Assembly: GCA_013265495.1 (NCBI GenBank)
Contig: MU057822.1
Coordinates: 33,133 to 97,132 of the forward strand
DNA: 64,000 nt
Direction: 5' to 3'
From: Vicugna vicugna
Taxonomy: Eukaryota
A program made the position numbers and the translations under genes. The notes under the pieces are model-generated. The model was not told the DNA's origin, ran no database searches, and was given only the letters and a program-made list of their open reading frames with translations. Shown here in pieces: positions 52,958 to 64,000 of this stretch (position 1 is the stretch's first letter; every line of letters begins with the position of its first letter).

Positions 52958-55258
52958 GTGAGTCTGGGGGCAGCCTGGGCACCCAGCAACTCAGACCTGA
53001 GGCTGGCAAGTCCCTCCCTCTGGGGCCCCTAAGGAGGGCCAGACAACCCTGTGCTTGGCCAGCTCAGGAAACTTTCTGGCTGAAAGAGGGGAGCCTGGGC
53101 TACAGCTCCAGGCCTGGCCTGTGCCAGTCAATCCAAGGCCTGTGCATCTGAAGGGACATCTGTACCAAGCCAGCCCCACCAAAGGCTCCCAGCCCCCACC
53201 CCCAGCAGGAGACACTTGCTGGGCAGGTTGGGCCTGGCTACACCTGGCCGGCCCCTGCTCCTCCAGCCTGCCAAGGCCCCCTCAGGCATCCCTCCAGACT
53301 GGCCAGACCCTACCTCTCCAGAGACTCAGTTTCCCCCAGCTCACTCCCACCTCTGTCTTCTGCCAGGAGGCCCTTTCTCTTGCAGACTTACACTCTCACA
53401 AGCAAGACCAAACCTTTTGGGAATTATTCCCTGGGTTCTCATGGGGTTCTTGGGGGGTCCCCCCACCTGGCCCTGGCTCAGGACATCCCTCTCTGCAGGA
53501 ACAAGGCTGGAGGTCTGCCCGGGGCCTGGGCCCGACTCGTGGCTGCCCTGCTGCTGCTGGCCGTTGGTTTCTCCCTGGCCGTGAGGCAACTCCACAGCAG
53601 CAGTGGCTCTCCAGGAACATTGGGCTCTGGGGCCCCTCCACCCAGCAGGCATTCCCACGGCCCTGGCGTGTACCCCCATGGTGCCATCATCAGCCCTGCA
53701 GGTCAGTGCCAGGAGCGGCTCAGGGGACGGAAGAGGCTGGGGTCACTGGTCCCAGCCCGCCTCTCCACGACAGTCCCTTTCTTGCTGCAGCCACATGCTC
53801 CCACCTGGGCCGGGAGTTGCTTGTTGCCGGGGGCAACGTCGTGGATGCTGGCATTGGAGCGGCTTTGTGTCTGGCAGTGGTGCATCCACACACCACAGGG
53901 CTAGGTCAGTGACAACCCCAGATGGTGACCCCAACCCTGGGTCTGATCAGTAACCTGATCAGTAACCTGAACTCAGGCAGTCAGTGGCCTTGACCTCAAG
54001 GCTGGCTAGTGGGTAGGAGCCAGGACTTGGGCAGTAGCCCCCACCTTAGGCTGTGACCCTTGATTCCAGATCAGTGCGATCTTGACCCCGGGCCTGGTTA
54101 TTGACCCCTGTCTCCAGACCTAGTCAGTAACCCCTGACCCCAGGCTAAGTCACTGACCCTTCACCTGGGACTACTGAGTGCCCTTGTCCCCAGTCTGTGC
54201 CCCTGACCCCTGTGTGACCCCTTTGTCTCCTCCCAGGTGCCATGTTCTGGGGCCTCTTCTACAATAGCTCCTCAGGCAACTCAACTGCCCTGACATCAGG
54301 CCCAGCCCAGACCCTGGCCCCCGGCCTGGGGCTGCCCTCGGCTCTACCTGCCCTGCGCCTGCTACACACCCACTTCGGCCGCCTGCCCTGGCCACGCCTG
54401 CTGGTGGGCCCCACCACGCTGGCTCAAGAGGGCTTCCTGGTGGACACACCACTGGCCAGGGCTCTGGCAGCCCAGGGCACAAAGGGCATCTGTCCACTCC
54501 TTTGCCGTACTGATGGGACCCCCCTGGGACCTGGGGCCCGAGCCATCAACCCCCAACTGGCAGCTGTGCTACACAGGGCTGCACTTGCCCCCACCCCAGA
54601 CCTCACTGGGGATGCCCTACTGAGCCTTCTGGCCCGAGACCTGGGGCTGGAGGGCCCCTCAGCTGGGCCCAGGCCCACCTTGGAGCCAACACTGCGACTG
54701 CCTGTGCCGCAGGGCATCCTGTTCACCACCCCTAGCCCCTCAGCTGGCCCAGAACTCCTAGAGCTGCTAGAGGCAGCTCAACAGTCTGGAGGGCCCACCA
54801 CATCTGGTGACCCCTGCCCACCATGCCTCCCAGCTGCTGGGACCCCCGGGAGCAGTGTCCTGGCCACTGTGGACAGCGGCGGCTCTGTGCTGCTTCTCAC
54901 CTCCTCGCTCAACAGCTCCTTCGGCTCTGGACACCTGTCCCCAAGCACTGGGGTTCTACTTAGCAACCTGGTAGCCAAGTCTGCTGCCTGGGCCTGTCCT
55001 CTCATCCTCTGTGGCAAGCTGGATGACAATGAGGCTGACGTGTTGGGGCTGGTGGCTTCAGGGACCCCTGCAGTGGCCAGAGTCATGACTCATACCTTGC
55101 TCAGCCACCTGGTAAGGCCCCAAACCCATGCTCAGCAAGGACCCACCAAGAGCCCCAGACCTTGTATCCAAGGGACCCTGCTCCAGGTGGCAGCCCATGC
55201 AGAGCATGCCCATGTCTCCAGTGTCCCCAGTGGCTGCTGCCCCTCCCAGGGGTTTTAA
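52824..55258 (+). CDS. GGT6: Gamma-glutamyltransferase 6, full CDS: join(52824-52957,53499-53701,53791-53904,54237-55258), 1473 nt, 490 aa
   Basis: YQKLLVWEPSLESEEEEEE N-terminus, type II TM segment, GGNVVDAGIGAALCLAVVHPHTTGLG, LLTSSLNSSFGSG; GT-AG and phase-consistent. Confidence 0.95.
53499..53701 (+). CDS. GGT6: GGT6 exon 2 (TM helix)
   Basis: ctgcag|NKAGGLPGAWARLVAALLLLAVGFSLAV..IISPA|gtcagt. Confidence 0.93.
53791..53904 (+). CDS. GGT6: GGT6 exon 3
   Basis: ctgcag|TCSHLGRELLVAGGNVVDAG..HTTGL|gtcagt. Confidence 0.93.
   Translation, partial: PHAPTWAGSCLLPGATSWMLALERLCVWQWCIHTPQG
54237..55258 (+). CDS. GGT6: GGT6 exon 4
   Basis: tcccag|AMFWGLFYNSSSGN..CCPSQGF-TAA. Confidence 0.95.
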
Positions 55259-55638
55259 GGTGGGGGGAAGTGTCTGGCAGGGAGGGCGGTGGGAGTAGAG
55301 GTCTCAAGCCTGGAGACAGGGGCAGGGCAATGGAGTGCATAAAGAATGTGCATCGGTTATGTGTTCACTGCTGGCTCGGGCCCTCAACTTCCAGCCTGGT
55401 CAGTTGCCTAGAATTGAGTTCCAGGTCTTTTTTCAGCTAAGGACCCTGAGGATAATGAGGAAAGAACACCAGGGCCTGGGGACAGCCCTGAGTTCAGATC
55501 CAGCTCTGGGAAGGACAGGTGGCAGAATGCCACACCCCTGCCTAGGCTCTGGGATCATAGGCAGAGCATGCATCTGGCATTTCCGTCTTCCCCTTCAGGC
55601 CACACTCTGCTGATCGCCCTCAACTGGGCTGGAAACAA

Positions 55639-55644
55639 AATAAA
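55639..55644 (+). terminator. GGT6: Candidate GGT6 polyadenylation signal
   Basis: First AATAAA after the stop. Confidence 0.6.
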
Positions 55645-56079
55645 GAGCAAGTCTCCTGGACACCATGTGCCGTTCCGCCTTCTTGGTTAATTTCACATCA
55701 GCGTTTGAGGCAGCTGGTGTCTGGGCTTCTTCGTGGGCAGCGCAGGAGACTCACAACCAGGGATGCGGAGCCAGGCTCGTGTCTTTTCAGCTTTCCCTTG
55801 CTCTGCTCACCTTCTCTTCCTCCTGGGGCACCAAGTACCAAATGTACATAGTAAATGGTTTATTCTCACTTTCTGAAATACAGTAGAGCAAGGAAGGGGT
55901 TGAGAGGGTGAGTAGGGAGTGACAGAGGCAGGGGCTGGAGCTGGGTGTGTGGAATTTCAAGGCTGGCGGGGTTGGCCCTCGCCTCCCCACCTCTCCAAGG
56001 GTTGGGGTCTCTCTGAACTACAATAACCCAAAGACAGCTTCTCAGGCCAAGAAACAGGAGTGGCCAGTAGTACTCCTCC

Positions 56080-56450
56080 CCGGCACTGTAAAAGGTATCT
56101 CTGATGTAACAAAAATCTTGGTCCCATCGCCTCTGCCTCCCCCTTCCTCCAACAAAAACAATTCTCTCAGCTCAGTAAATGGTACACAATCTACCCAGTT
56201 ATTTTAACCCCCAAACCTAGCATTCCATAACCCACTACCAGCTCCAGATCAGCTGGAACTTTCTCACGTTACCTTGGTCCAATCCACCATTGTCTCCAGC
56301 TGGTCTTCCTGCTTTTACCCTGGCTCTCCTACAATCCATCCCCCACATAGCAGCAGAATAATCTGTTAAAAACGTAAATAGGATCAGGGCTCGTTCCTGC
56401 ATAAAATCCTTCAATGACCTCCCATCACACTCAGAATGAAATCCAAACTC
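56080..56450. mobile_element. L2 LINE fragment
   Basis: ctcagtaaatgg..ccttggtccaatccacc..cctacaatccatcccccacatagcagc..cccatcacactcagaatgaaatccaaactc. Confidence 0.7.
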
Positions 56451-56479
56451 CTGGGCTGCCTGATTGAGAGCAGAAGGGC

Positions 56480-56616
56480 CTGGCAGCCACGCCCGGCTCC
56501 GCCTCCAGCCGGCTCCGCTCCCGTCTAGCCCCGCCCCCAGCCGACCCAACCCAGTGCGCATGCGCCGGGACCTGACCTGGAAGAGGCAGTCTTTGGAGCC
56601 CACGTGTTCGGCCAGC
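56480..56616 (+). promoter_or_regulatory. MYBBP1A: MYBBP1A CpG promoter (GC box, NRF1 site, E-box)
   Basis: CCCCGCCCC 56529; TGCGCATGCGC 56555-56565; CACGTG 56601-56606. Confidence 0.8.
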
Positions 56617-56823
56617 ATGGCGGAGATGGAGAATATGGGAGTCGCTGAGGCTGTGTCTACTGGAGAGGCCCCGAAGAGCGGCGCCCGGCCTGCCGACCGT
56701 CATGGCCTGCTGAAGCACAGCCGCGAGTTCTTGGACTTCTTCTGGGACATTGCGAAGCCGCAACAAGAGACGCGGCTTGAGGCCACAGAGAAGCTGCTGG
56801 AGTATCTGCGCACAAGGCCAAGG
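56617..56823 (+). CDS. MYBBP1A: MYBBP1A exon 1
   Basis: MAEMEN..YLRTRPR|gtatgg. Confidence 0.92.
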
Positions 56824-59800
56824 GTATGGTAGCGGGGCCTGAGGCAGGAGGTTGCGTAGATTCCGGCAAAGATGTGGCGGTGGGACTTGGGGCACGGGGT
56901 CGCGAACCTGGATGCCCAGGTGAGCGCGCGCTGAGGGCCGACGTGGGCGGGTGCCAGATGATTCTTCTCACTGGCCCACCTGAGGTTGTGCTTGATTTTG
57001 CAGGGGTCATCCGAGATGAAGTACGCCCTGAAGCGCCTAATCACTGGGCTCGGCGGCGGACGGGAAACCGCCCGGCCCTGCTACAGTTTGGCCCTGGCAC
57101 AGGTGAGTGGTCGGTCCTGGAAGGGAACCAGCCGTGCTGGTCAAAACGCTAGGGAGTGAGGAGGGCAGATGCCTCAGCTGCAGGGGAAGTGGCAGCTAAG
57201 AAGTTGTGGGTGGGGGAGGTGGCATCTGAGCAGAAGGGAGGTGTCCCCACGTGGATGTAAAGAAAGTGTGGGAGCAAGTCCTGTCTGCAGAAAAGCCCAG
57301 GCAGGTGGGGTAGGAGGTTGAGCAAGTTTGTTTTTGGGTACATGGATTGACCAGCCACCAAGGTACATTGATTGAAGGCAATAAGCTTTGGAGTGGGTTC
57401 CCTTATCTCTGCAGGGTTCAAGGCCCTTTCCCCTCAACGGGCACTTAGCTAATTTTAGGCCACCTGTAAGGAGTGTGGAGTGATGAAAGGGCAGTAGAGA
57501 CCCAAGCCCTTTAGGATCTGGGGGCAAAAGTTACTTTCTGAACCCCAGTTGGACATGAGGCAGGGAGACAAGATTCAACTCCATTCACAGCAGTGTTCCA
57601 TCAGAGACATCCTTGGCCTCGGCCAAGGCCTCTGGGCAGAGTTGAAGGGAGAAGTGGGAGGAGGTTGAGGTCTGAGGAATGTGGCTGGACCACTCCCCTG
57701 CAGCCCTCTCTTCGTCCTGGCAGCTGTTACAGTCTTTCGAAGACATCCCCTTGTGCAGCATCCTGCAGCAGATACAAGAGAAGTATGACCTGCAGAAGGT
57801 GAAGAAGGTGAGAGTGAGTGGCCCCAGGGAAGTCAGGAGCCCAGGGTGGGGAACACTTGGGCCCTTCTCACCAGGGCCTGGAATCCTTTTTCTAGGGGAT
57901 GGTGAGACCAGCTCTCTTCGCAAACCTGTTTGGGGTGCTAGCCCTCTTTCAGTCAGGCAGGCTGGTGAAGGTAAGAGCTTTGGGGATGTAAGGAGGGATG
58001 TGGGCTGGCTTGGGAGTGATGGGGAAGGGTGGCACGCCCTGCTCATCCCCTCTCCCCCTCTGGGGGTACCAGGACTCCGAGGCACTGATGAAGTCGGTCA
58101 AGCTGCTGCAAGTCCTGGGCCAGCACTACAACCACTTGCAGGAGCAGCCCCAGAAGGCCCTGGTGGACATCCTCTCTGAGGTACAGGTTTCGCAGCTGTG
58201 GGGCAGTGGGGCCTTGGGTAGCACCACCTGTTACAGAACAGGGAGAGGATGCGAGTTGATGCATGGAAATGTAGCACCATCTGGTGGAAATAAAAGCGTA
58301 TAGCTTGACATTTCATAGTAACTATGTTTATAAAAAGTTAAAGATAAGTATAACTTAGTAACATATTTTACTTGATTTAACATATCTGAAGTGTTACTTT
58401 AATGTGTAAAGAGTATAAAAAAAAACTGTAGAGGTTTTTTGGGTGAGGAGGGGTGCATATTAAGTCTCAAGTCCAGCGTGTGTTTTACACTCACAGCGTA
58501 TCTCCATTCAGATTAGCGCATTCTAAGTGCTCAGTGTTCCTGTGTGGCCAGTGGCTCCGTATTGCACAGTGCAGCTCTAGAACAGCACCTGGCATGTGAC
58601 AAGGGGGTTAAACACATTTGCCATTGTTATTTTGGGCAGAACTGGCCCCTCAGAGACCCCCCGTGCCCAACTTGGGAAACGGAGATGGGCCAATACCTAG
58701 AATCCTTTGTTACTGGGGAAAAGGAAGGGATTGGCTGGCATGTCCCAGGCTGGGCCTTTCTGCACCTGAACTTGAATCCTAGCTCTCCACTTGGGGTTCC
58801 TTGTATAAGAAATGGGATAGTCCTGAAAAACCTGAAAGAGGAATAATTAAAGGAGTGGCCCCGGGCCAGTTAACATCAGTGGGATGCTTGTTAAAGACCC
58901 AGCTTCCTGGGACTTGGGAATTTGAGCATTTTAACAGATACCCTTTGATGGTTCTGATGCCCAGCAAGGTGGATTGTGGCTGACCCTTCTCAGGCTGGCA
59001 CTGTGCCAGAATCCTCGTGGGAGCCTGGCAGGTGGAATAAGGCCCAAAGCGTTCACCCCCACGGCAGGGAGACAGGATGCTGTGAAGGAGCCCCCCTCCC
59101 TCATCCTGTCTCCCCACACCAGGTCCCAGAGGCTGTGTTGCAGGAGGTCCTGCCGAAGGTCCTCAAAGCTGACTTGAGTTCAGTACTTGGCTCACCTGAG
59201 CACCTGGAGCTCTTCCTCTTGGCGCAGCAGAAGGTGCCCGAGAAGCTGGAGAAGCTACTGGGACCAGTCAACCTGTTCTCAGATGAGAACATCCCCAGGT
59301 GTGAGGGAGGTGGGCGGCTGGGCTCTCTGGTCCATGGGGGTGGGCGTCCCTTCAGTCCCAGGCGCCTGGCCCTTTAATTGTTCTGGGGGTGCCCTCTGAG
59401 TCCCCTCTGCCCTCCTCAACAGGCTGGTGACAGTGCTAAAGATGGCAGCCTCCTCTATGAAAAAGGAACGCAAGCTGCCCGCCATGGCCCTGGAGCTGCT
59501 CCGCCTGGCGCTCCAGGAGGACGTGTTCTCACGGTTCTGGAAGGAGGTTGTAGAGCAAGGGCTCCTGAAGAAGCAGTTCTGGCCGGTCAGGTGCGTGGAC
59601 GCGTGGCCTCTCTCCATCCTCTCTCCCCTGTTAAGCGGGGGTGGGCCAGTGGTCCCTGGGGACCGAGGGCTCTGACCAGGCTCTGTCATGCACCCCCTTA
59701 GCTACCTGTGTTTCCGCCTGCTGGGCACGGCCCTGCCCCTGCTGTCCAAGGAGCAGCTGCAGCTGGTGATGCAGGGAGACCTGATCCGACATTATGGGGA

Positions 59801-62653
59801 GCACGTGGTCACTGCTAAGGTGGGTGCCACCTCCTGTGGTCCACACTGCCAGAAAGGGCCAGGCGACGGGGCTGCTTCCTGCACTGTTGTGGGCGGTGGG
59901 CCTCGGGTGTCAGCCCGCTGCCGCAAGAGAGGATTGCTTTTGGTGTCAGTGGTCCTGCCTGGGACGGGCAGTCACAGCTGCTGTTGGAAGGGACTTGGGA
60001 TGTGGGTGTCTTTTTTTCCTATGGGTAAAGTGAGCTACCTGAGCCCCCCTTCCCATCTTCCTCTCTGAACGGAGTGTGGCAGGGCCAGCCCTTCTGCCTT
60101 CACGCCCCTCAGCCCAGGCACGGACAGCCAGCGGTCTGTCCAGACCCCCCTCCCCCCCCAGCGGTCACACTAAGAACAGTCATCACTGATGCTGTTTTCA
60201 GCACCGTCCACGCACCCCACACCCCAAAGTGCTCGACAGGAGAATCAAGTAGTAGTTAAGAGCATGGAATCGGGGACCAGACGCCGGACTCCAGCCCTGA
60301 CACCATAGCAGTTAGCTGTGTACTGTGCACAGGTGGCCTCCCTTCCCTGTGCCCGCCTCTGCTTGTTCCGGAGACAAGAGGAGCAGTTCCTTCCTCTTGT
60401 TACGAGGATAGCCAGGCTAGCATCCATGGGCGCTTAAAGCAGTGCCCCGTGCACAGAAGCACAGCTGGGCTTGCTGGGTGTGCTCACTTCATCCCTACAG
60501 CTGGCTTGGGAGAGCTGCCATTCCGGTCCTCGGGGCGAGGGACAGGCGCAGAAAGTACGGAGCGGTGATTGAGAGTGCAGACTAGGGGGCCCGACTGACT
60601 GGGGTCAGACCCCAGCTGCACCGTTGGAGCCCTGTGACCCTCAGAAATTACGTCTAAGCTTTTTTGTGCCTCATTTTCTTCATCTGCAAAACAATTACAC
60701 CCTTTGTGCGAAGGGTCGTTACAAAGATTAAGCACTGGAGCAACAGGGCAGCCCAGCCTGGTGGGGCGCCAGGGAGGAGACTTCCCGGGCCCTGATGTGA
60801 CCCAATGTAGAAGAGGCTGGCGGCGGGGGCTGTTCGACCCCTCCCGGCCAGTGACCCCCCAATCCTGTACCCAACTCTCTGCAGCTCCCAAACCAGTTCA
60901 AGTTCGCTCCAGAGATGAACGAGTACGTGGAGGCCTTCCTGAAAGGCTGCCAGGATGACCCTGAGCGGCAGTTGGACATGGTGGTGGCCTTCACGTCCGT
61001 CACCAACCAGGGCCTCCCTATCACGCCTACCTACTGGCGGGTCGTGCGGTTCCTGAGTCCCCCGGCTCTCAAAGGCTACGTGGCCTGGCTGCGGGACATG
61101 TTTCTCCAGCCCCACCTGGACTCCTTGGTGGACTTCAGCACCAACAACCAGAAAAAAGCCCAGGACGCTTCGTTCCACGGGTGAGGGGGCCGGGCAGAAA
61201 GGGGCCTCTTGGGCCCATAGACCTGGACCCACCCTCCCTCCTGTCATGCCAGATTCCACGGGAGGGGGCGGGGAAGGAGAGGAGCCAAGCTGAGCCTTCA
61301 CTCTTTAAGAAGACCTTCTTGGGCGTGTTCCCATGCTGGTGATAAGGGCATTGGGGAGGTCTTGGTTGGTTTTCTGTCTCCAAGATGCAACCAAGGAGAA
61401 TGGTTTTTGCCATCTCTAAATGGCCTCTGTGACCCGCCTCCTACCTGCAGGCCTGAGCGAGCTGTGTTCCGGCTACGGAAGTGGATCATCCTTCGCCTGG
61501 TCAGCGTCGTGGACAACTTGCACGTGGAGAAGGAGGAGGCCTTGACTGAGGAGGTGGCCAGGTACTGAGACATGCTTGAACCCCAGCTCCCCATGGGTGT
61601 GGCAGCCGAAGAATTGGGCCTCTTGCCTAATCCTGGTTTAGGTCCCCCTGGAGCCAGAAGCCAGAGGGGATCAAGTCGTCACAGGAAGCAGGCCATCCTC
61701 GCCTCTTGGGGCAGAAAGAGATTTAGGGAAAGGCATTTTGGGAGCTCACGGAAGGAAGGGACCCAAGGAGTGTGGGGCTGCAGGGGCAGCAAAGGCCCCC
61801 GGCTGGCTCTGCGCTCCCCGGATGCCTTTGTGCATCGACGGTGTTGGGGGCGCCTCTGGGCCGGAAGCTCCTTCGCCCTCACCACAGCCCTGAGAGCAGC
61901 AGCCGTGCTGGCAGAAGCAGTGGTGGCCTGGCCACCAAGATAACACGGGTTATTCTGTCCTCCCCAGGTTCTGTTTTTTCCACTCATTCTTTGAGACAAA
62001 GAAGCCCACGTCCCAGATCCCGGAAACTGAGCAGTCCTTCTCCCCTCCTCTGGAGAGCCGGACCCGGGAGGTGGTGGGCAATGCCTTCTTCAGGTGGGCA
62101 CTGGGCAGCTTGGAGGGGAGGTCTGAGGGTGGGCGAGCAGGTGGGAAGGGGGCCTGGGGAACACTGCCCCCTCCAGTTGTAAGCGGCAGCCCAGAGAATT
62201 GGGGTGAGTCAGGGCGTGGGGGTGGAGAGAGGTGGCCGTGCTCACCAGCCCATGACACTGACTCTCCTCCCTCCAACCACCACCAGCCTGCTGCAGACCC
62301 TCAGCACACAGTTCAGGCAGGCGCCGGAGCAGACCCAGGACAGGAGGCTCTGGACCCATCGCCTGGTGCAGTTTGCAGACATGCTTTTGAGCCATGGCCG
62401 CAGCGTGGCTCCCCTGACGCCCTTCACCACTCAGCAGCGCCAGGCCTGGGACCGGTGAGAGGGTGTTGGGGTTTCCAGGGCATGTGCAGGGCGCTCTGGG
62501 GTCTGACACTGCCTTCAGGGGCTTAAGAGTGTACCTGTCTCACCCAGGATGCTAAAGACTCTGAAGGAAGTGGACGCACGGTCCTCAGAGGCCAAGGCCA
62601 AGGCTGCTGCCTTCCAGCACCTGCTACTCCTGGTGGGCATCCACCTCTTCAAG
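56617..62653 (+). CDS. MYBBP1A: Myb-binding protein 1A, exons 1-13 (3'-partial, 614 codons): join(56617-56823,57004-57102,57724-57807,57896-57970,58073-58180,59123-59298,59423-59590,59702-59819,60885-61180,61451-61561,61968-62093,62287-62454,62548-62653)
   Basis: LLKHSREFLDFFWDIAKP, EMKYALKRLITGLG, RPALFANLFGVLALFQSGRL, AFQHLLLLVGIHLFK; GT-AG and phase-consistent; continues beyond the window. Confidence 0.96.
57004..57102 (+). CDS. MYBBP1A: MYBBP1A exon 2
   Basis: GSSEMKYALKRLITGLGGGRETARPCYSLALAQ|gtgagt. Confidence 0.93.
57724..57807 (+). CDS. MYBBP1A: MYBBP1A exon 3
   Basis: LLQSFEDIPLCSILQQIQEKYDLQKVKK|gtgaga. Confidence 0.93.
57896..57970 (+). CDS. MYBBP1A: MYBBP1A exon 4
   Basis: GMVRPALFANLFGVLALFQSGRLVK|gtaaga. 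Confidence 0.93.
58073..58180 (+). CDS. MYBBP1A: MYBBP1A exon 5
   Basis: DSEALMKSVKLLQ..VDILSE|gtacag. Confidence 0.93.
58272..58288 (-). promoter_or_regulatory. CTCF-like motif in MYBBP1A intron 5
   Basis: Reverse complement TCCACCAGATGGTGCTA. Confidence 0.5.
58310..58580. mobile_element. hAT-Charlie MER (MER33/MER3-like)
   Basis: gtgtgttttacactcacagc..tctaagtgctcagtg..tgtggccagtggctccgtattgcacagtgcagctcta. Confidence 0.7.
59123..59298 (+). CDS. MYBBP1A: MYBBP1A exon 6
   Basis: VPEAVLQEVLP..FSDENIP|gtgtga. Confidence 0.93.
59423..59590 (+). CDS. MYBBP1A: MYBBP1A exon 7
   Basis: LVTVLKMAASS..KQFWPV|gtgcgt. Confidence 0.93.
59702..59819 (+). CDS. MYBBP1A: MYBBP1A exon 8
   Basis: YLCFRLLG..EHVVTAK|gtgggt. 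Confidence 0.93.
60885..61180 (+). CDS. MYBBP1A: MYBBP1A exon 9
   Basis: LPNQFKFAPEM..AQDASFH|gtgagg. Confidence 0.93.
61451..61561 (+). CDS. MYBBP1A: MYBBP1A exon 10
   Basis: PERAVFRLRKWII..TEEVA|gtactg. Confidence 0.93.
61968..62093 (+). CDS. MYBBP1A: MYBBP1A exon 11
   Basis: FCFFHSFFETKKPTSQIPE..NAFF|gtgggc. Confidence 0.93.
62287..62454 (+). CDS. MYBBP1A: MYBBP1A exon 12
   Basis: LLQTLSTQF..QRQAWD|gtgaga. Confidence 0.93.
62548..62653 (+). CDS. MYBBP1A: MYBBP1A exon 13
   Basis: MLKTLKEVD..VGIHLFK|gtacag. Confidence 0.93.
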
Positions 62654-62799
62654 GTACAGCGGCCTGGAAGGGAGGTCAGGGACCTGGGGTCAGTGGTGGA
62701 CAAGAGAGGCTCTAGGGAGTTGGAATGGGGAGGTTTCCTAGGCCAGCTGCTCCTGACTGGAGTTCCAGCTCGAACAATCACTCCACCTGCTTAGTGGGC

Positions 62800-62970
62800 A
62801 CCAGCTACATCCGGAGTTTTCCCTGCAGCATCACTTATTTGTAATCCCCACACTTATGAGGCAGGTGCTTCTGTTTGACAGGTAGGGAAACTGAGACTCA
62901 GAGAGGCAAAGTAACTTACCCCAGGCCACACAGCTGTTGGCTGGGATTCAAGCATAGGGGTCTGACTCCA
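62800..62970. mobile_element. MIR SINE fragment
   Basis: gggaaactgagactcagagagg..aagtaacttaccccaggccacacagct..gggattcaa. Confidence 0.7.
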
Positions 62971-64000
62971 CTATCTCACAGGGCCTCCCCAAACTGCCTT
63001 ACTGACCAGAGGTGGTGAATGTAAAGAGAGAGGGGGCGCTGCTTCCTTCTGTCTGTCACAGTCAGTTAGAAGTAGGGTCCTGATTTTTCTGTTTAACTCT
63101 CACCCACCCGGAATCCATGGTAGTGGGTTGGGGTTAGCGTGTTTCTGTCTGGTGCTCCCCACGTGGGGTTCTGCTCCTGTCACAGTGTTCCTCGTGTTGT
63201 CACTCACGCTCCTTCTAATAACGGGTCCTCTGGAACCAGCTCTGTCTCTCTGTTCTCTCCACCAAGAAGCCTTGACCACATTTGGCGCTCACGGCAGCAA
63301 CTCTTTTGACCCTTGTGTGGTTTCCTCCTGACTCCAAACCCTGGTCTCTCTAGAAGTTTTCCTTGCGAGTTGTGTGAGGCCCTCGAACTCTTAAGGAGCC
63401 TGATTAGACAGCGCTCTCAGTTGCTCCTTCTGGCCTCGTGGCTGTGGTTTCTGCTTTCAGGCCCCGGTCACTCCAAGCCCCACTCGTAGACAAGCTGTGT
63501 GGGTGATGGATTGGCCACGCCGCCCCTTCCAATCCTTGGCACTGGGCGTCTGGAGCTTGGCTTGGGTTAGAGGTGCCCAGCCACAGCAGGGGAGCTGGAG
63601 ACATAGATGGCCAGGGCTTTGGGCCCCTGTTCTGGCCTTCATTCTGCCACTCCTGTCCCAAACATTGAAGCCACCCACCACGTTATAGGGAAGAAGTCTG
63701 CCTTTTGGGTACCATTGATCACACACGTTAATTTCAACTCACTGGTTGGTAACTGGATTCTGGGTTTATTCCCTGGCAAGATGGGCTTAAATTGGTTTCA
63801 GTTTAAACTTGTTAAAATTAATGGTTTTCAGTTCTTTTTCTGTAACGACATCAAGGCAGGTGTGGGAGGGAAAATCTAGAATTGCGAACTAGGAGGCTGG
63901 GCACCGATGGGGAAGTTGGGCGCCGTGTTCCCTGAGGGCTCTCAGGCCATGACTGCAGTTCAGTGTAAGAGGTCATCAGCTCTTGGACTCCTGGGGTCTG

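Noticed and set aside
53055..53912. 285-aa ORF spanning GGT6 intron 1 to exon 3
   Set aside because: Only its tail is the true exon 3 frame; the rest is GC-rich chance with a non-ATG start

Overview
Mammalian genomic DNA, most likely a camelid (four copies of a tRNA-derived SINE resembling camelid vic-1). Four spliced protein-coding genes lie on the + strand, and I reconstructed them exon by exon with GT-AG junctions and consistent phases: SMTNL2 (8 coding exons, 459 aa), TEKT1 (7 coding exons, 418 aa, plus a non-coding first exon), GGT6 (4 exons, 490 aa) and the first 13 exons of MYBBP1A (614 codons; the gene runs off the window). Intergenic and intronic DNA holds the usual SINE, L1, L2, MIR, MLT/ERV LTR and hAT fragments, and there is a 14-N gap. 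Best leads: (1) an unexplained second CpG promoter about 0.8 kb upstream of the TEKT1 promoter, with a CDE/CHR cell-cycle element and a perfect minus-strand splice donor, plus candidate downstream minus-strand exons and small ORFs; (2) a TSD-flanked L1 3' fragment with a dense burst of A/T-to-G/C transitions; (3) nine same-strand TGACC half-sites, including a DR5, in GGT6 intron 3; (4) a gene order implying inversion of the SMTNL2-TEKT1 block relative to human/mouse as I recall them; (5) Ser in place of the catalytic Thr in GGT6. Repeat family names and boundaries are by eye and approximate; no searches were run.
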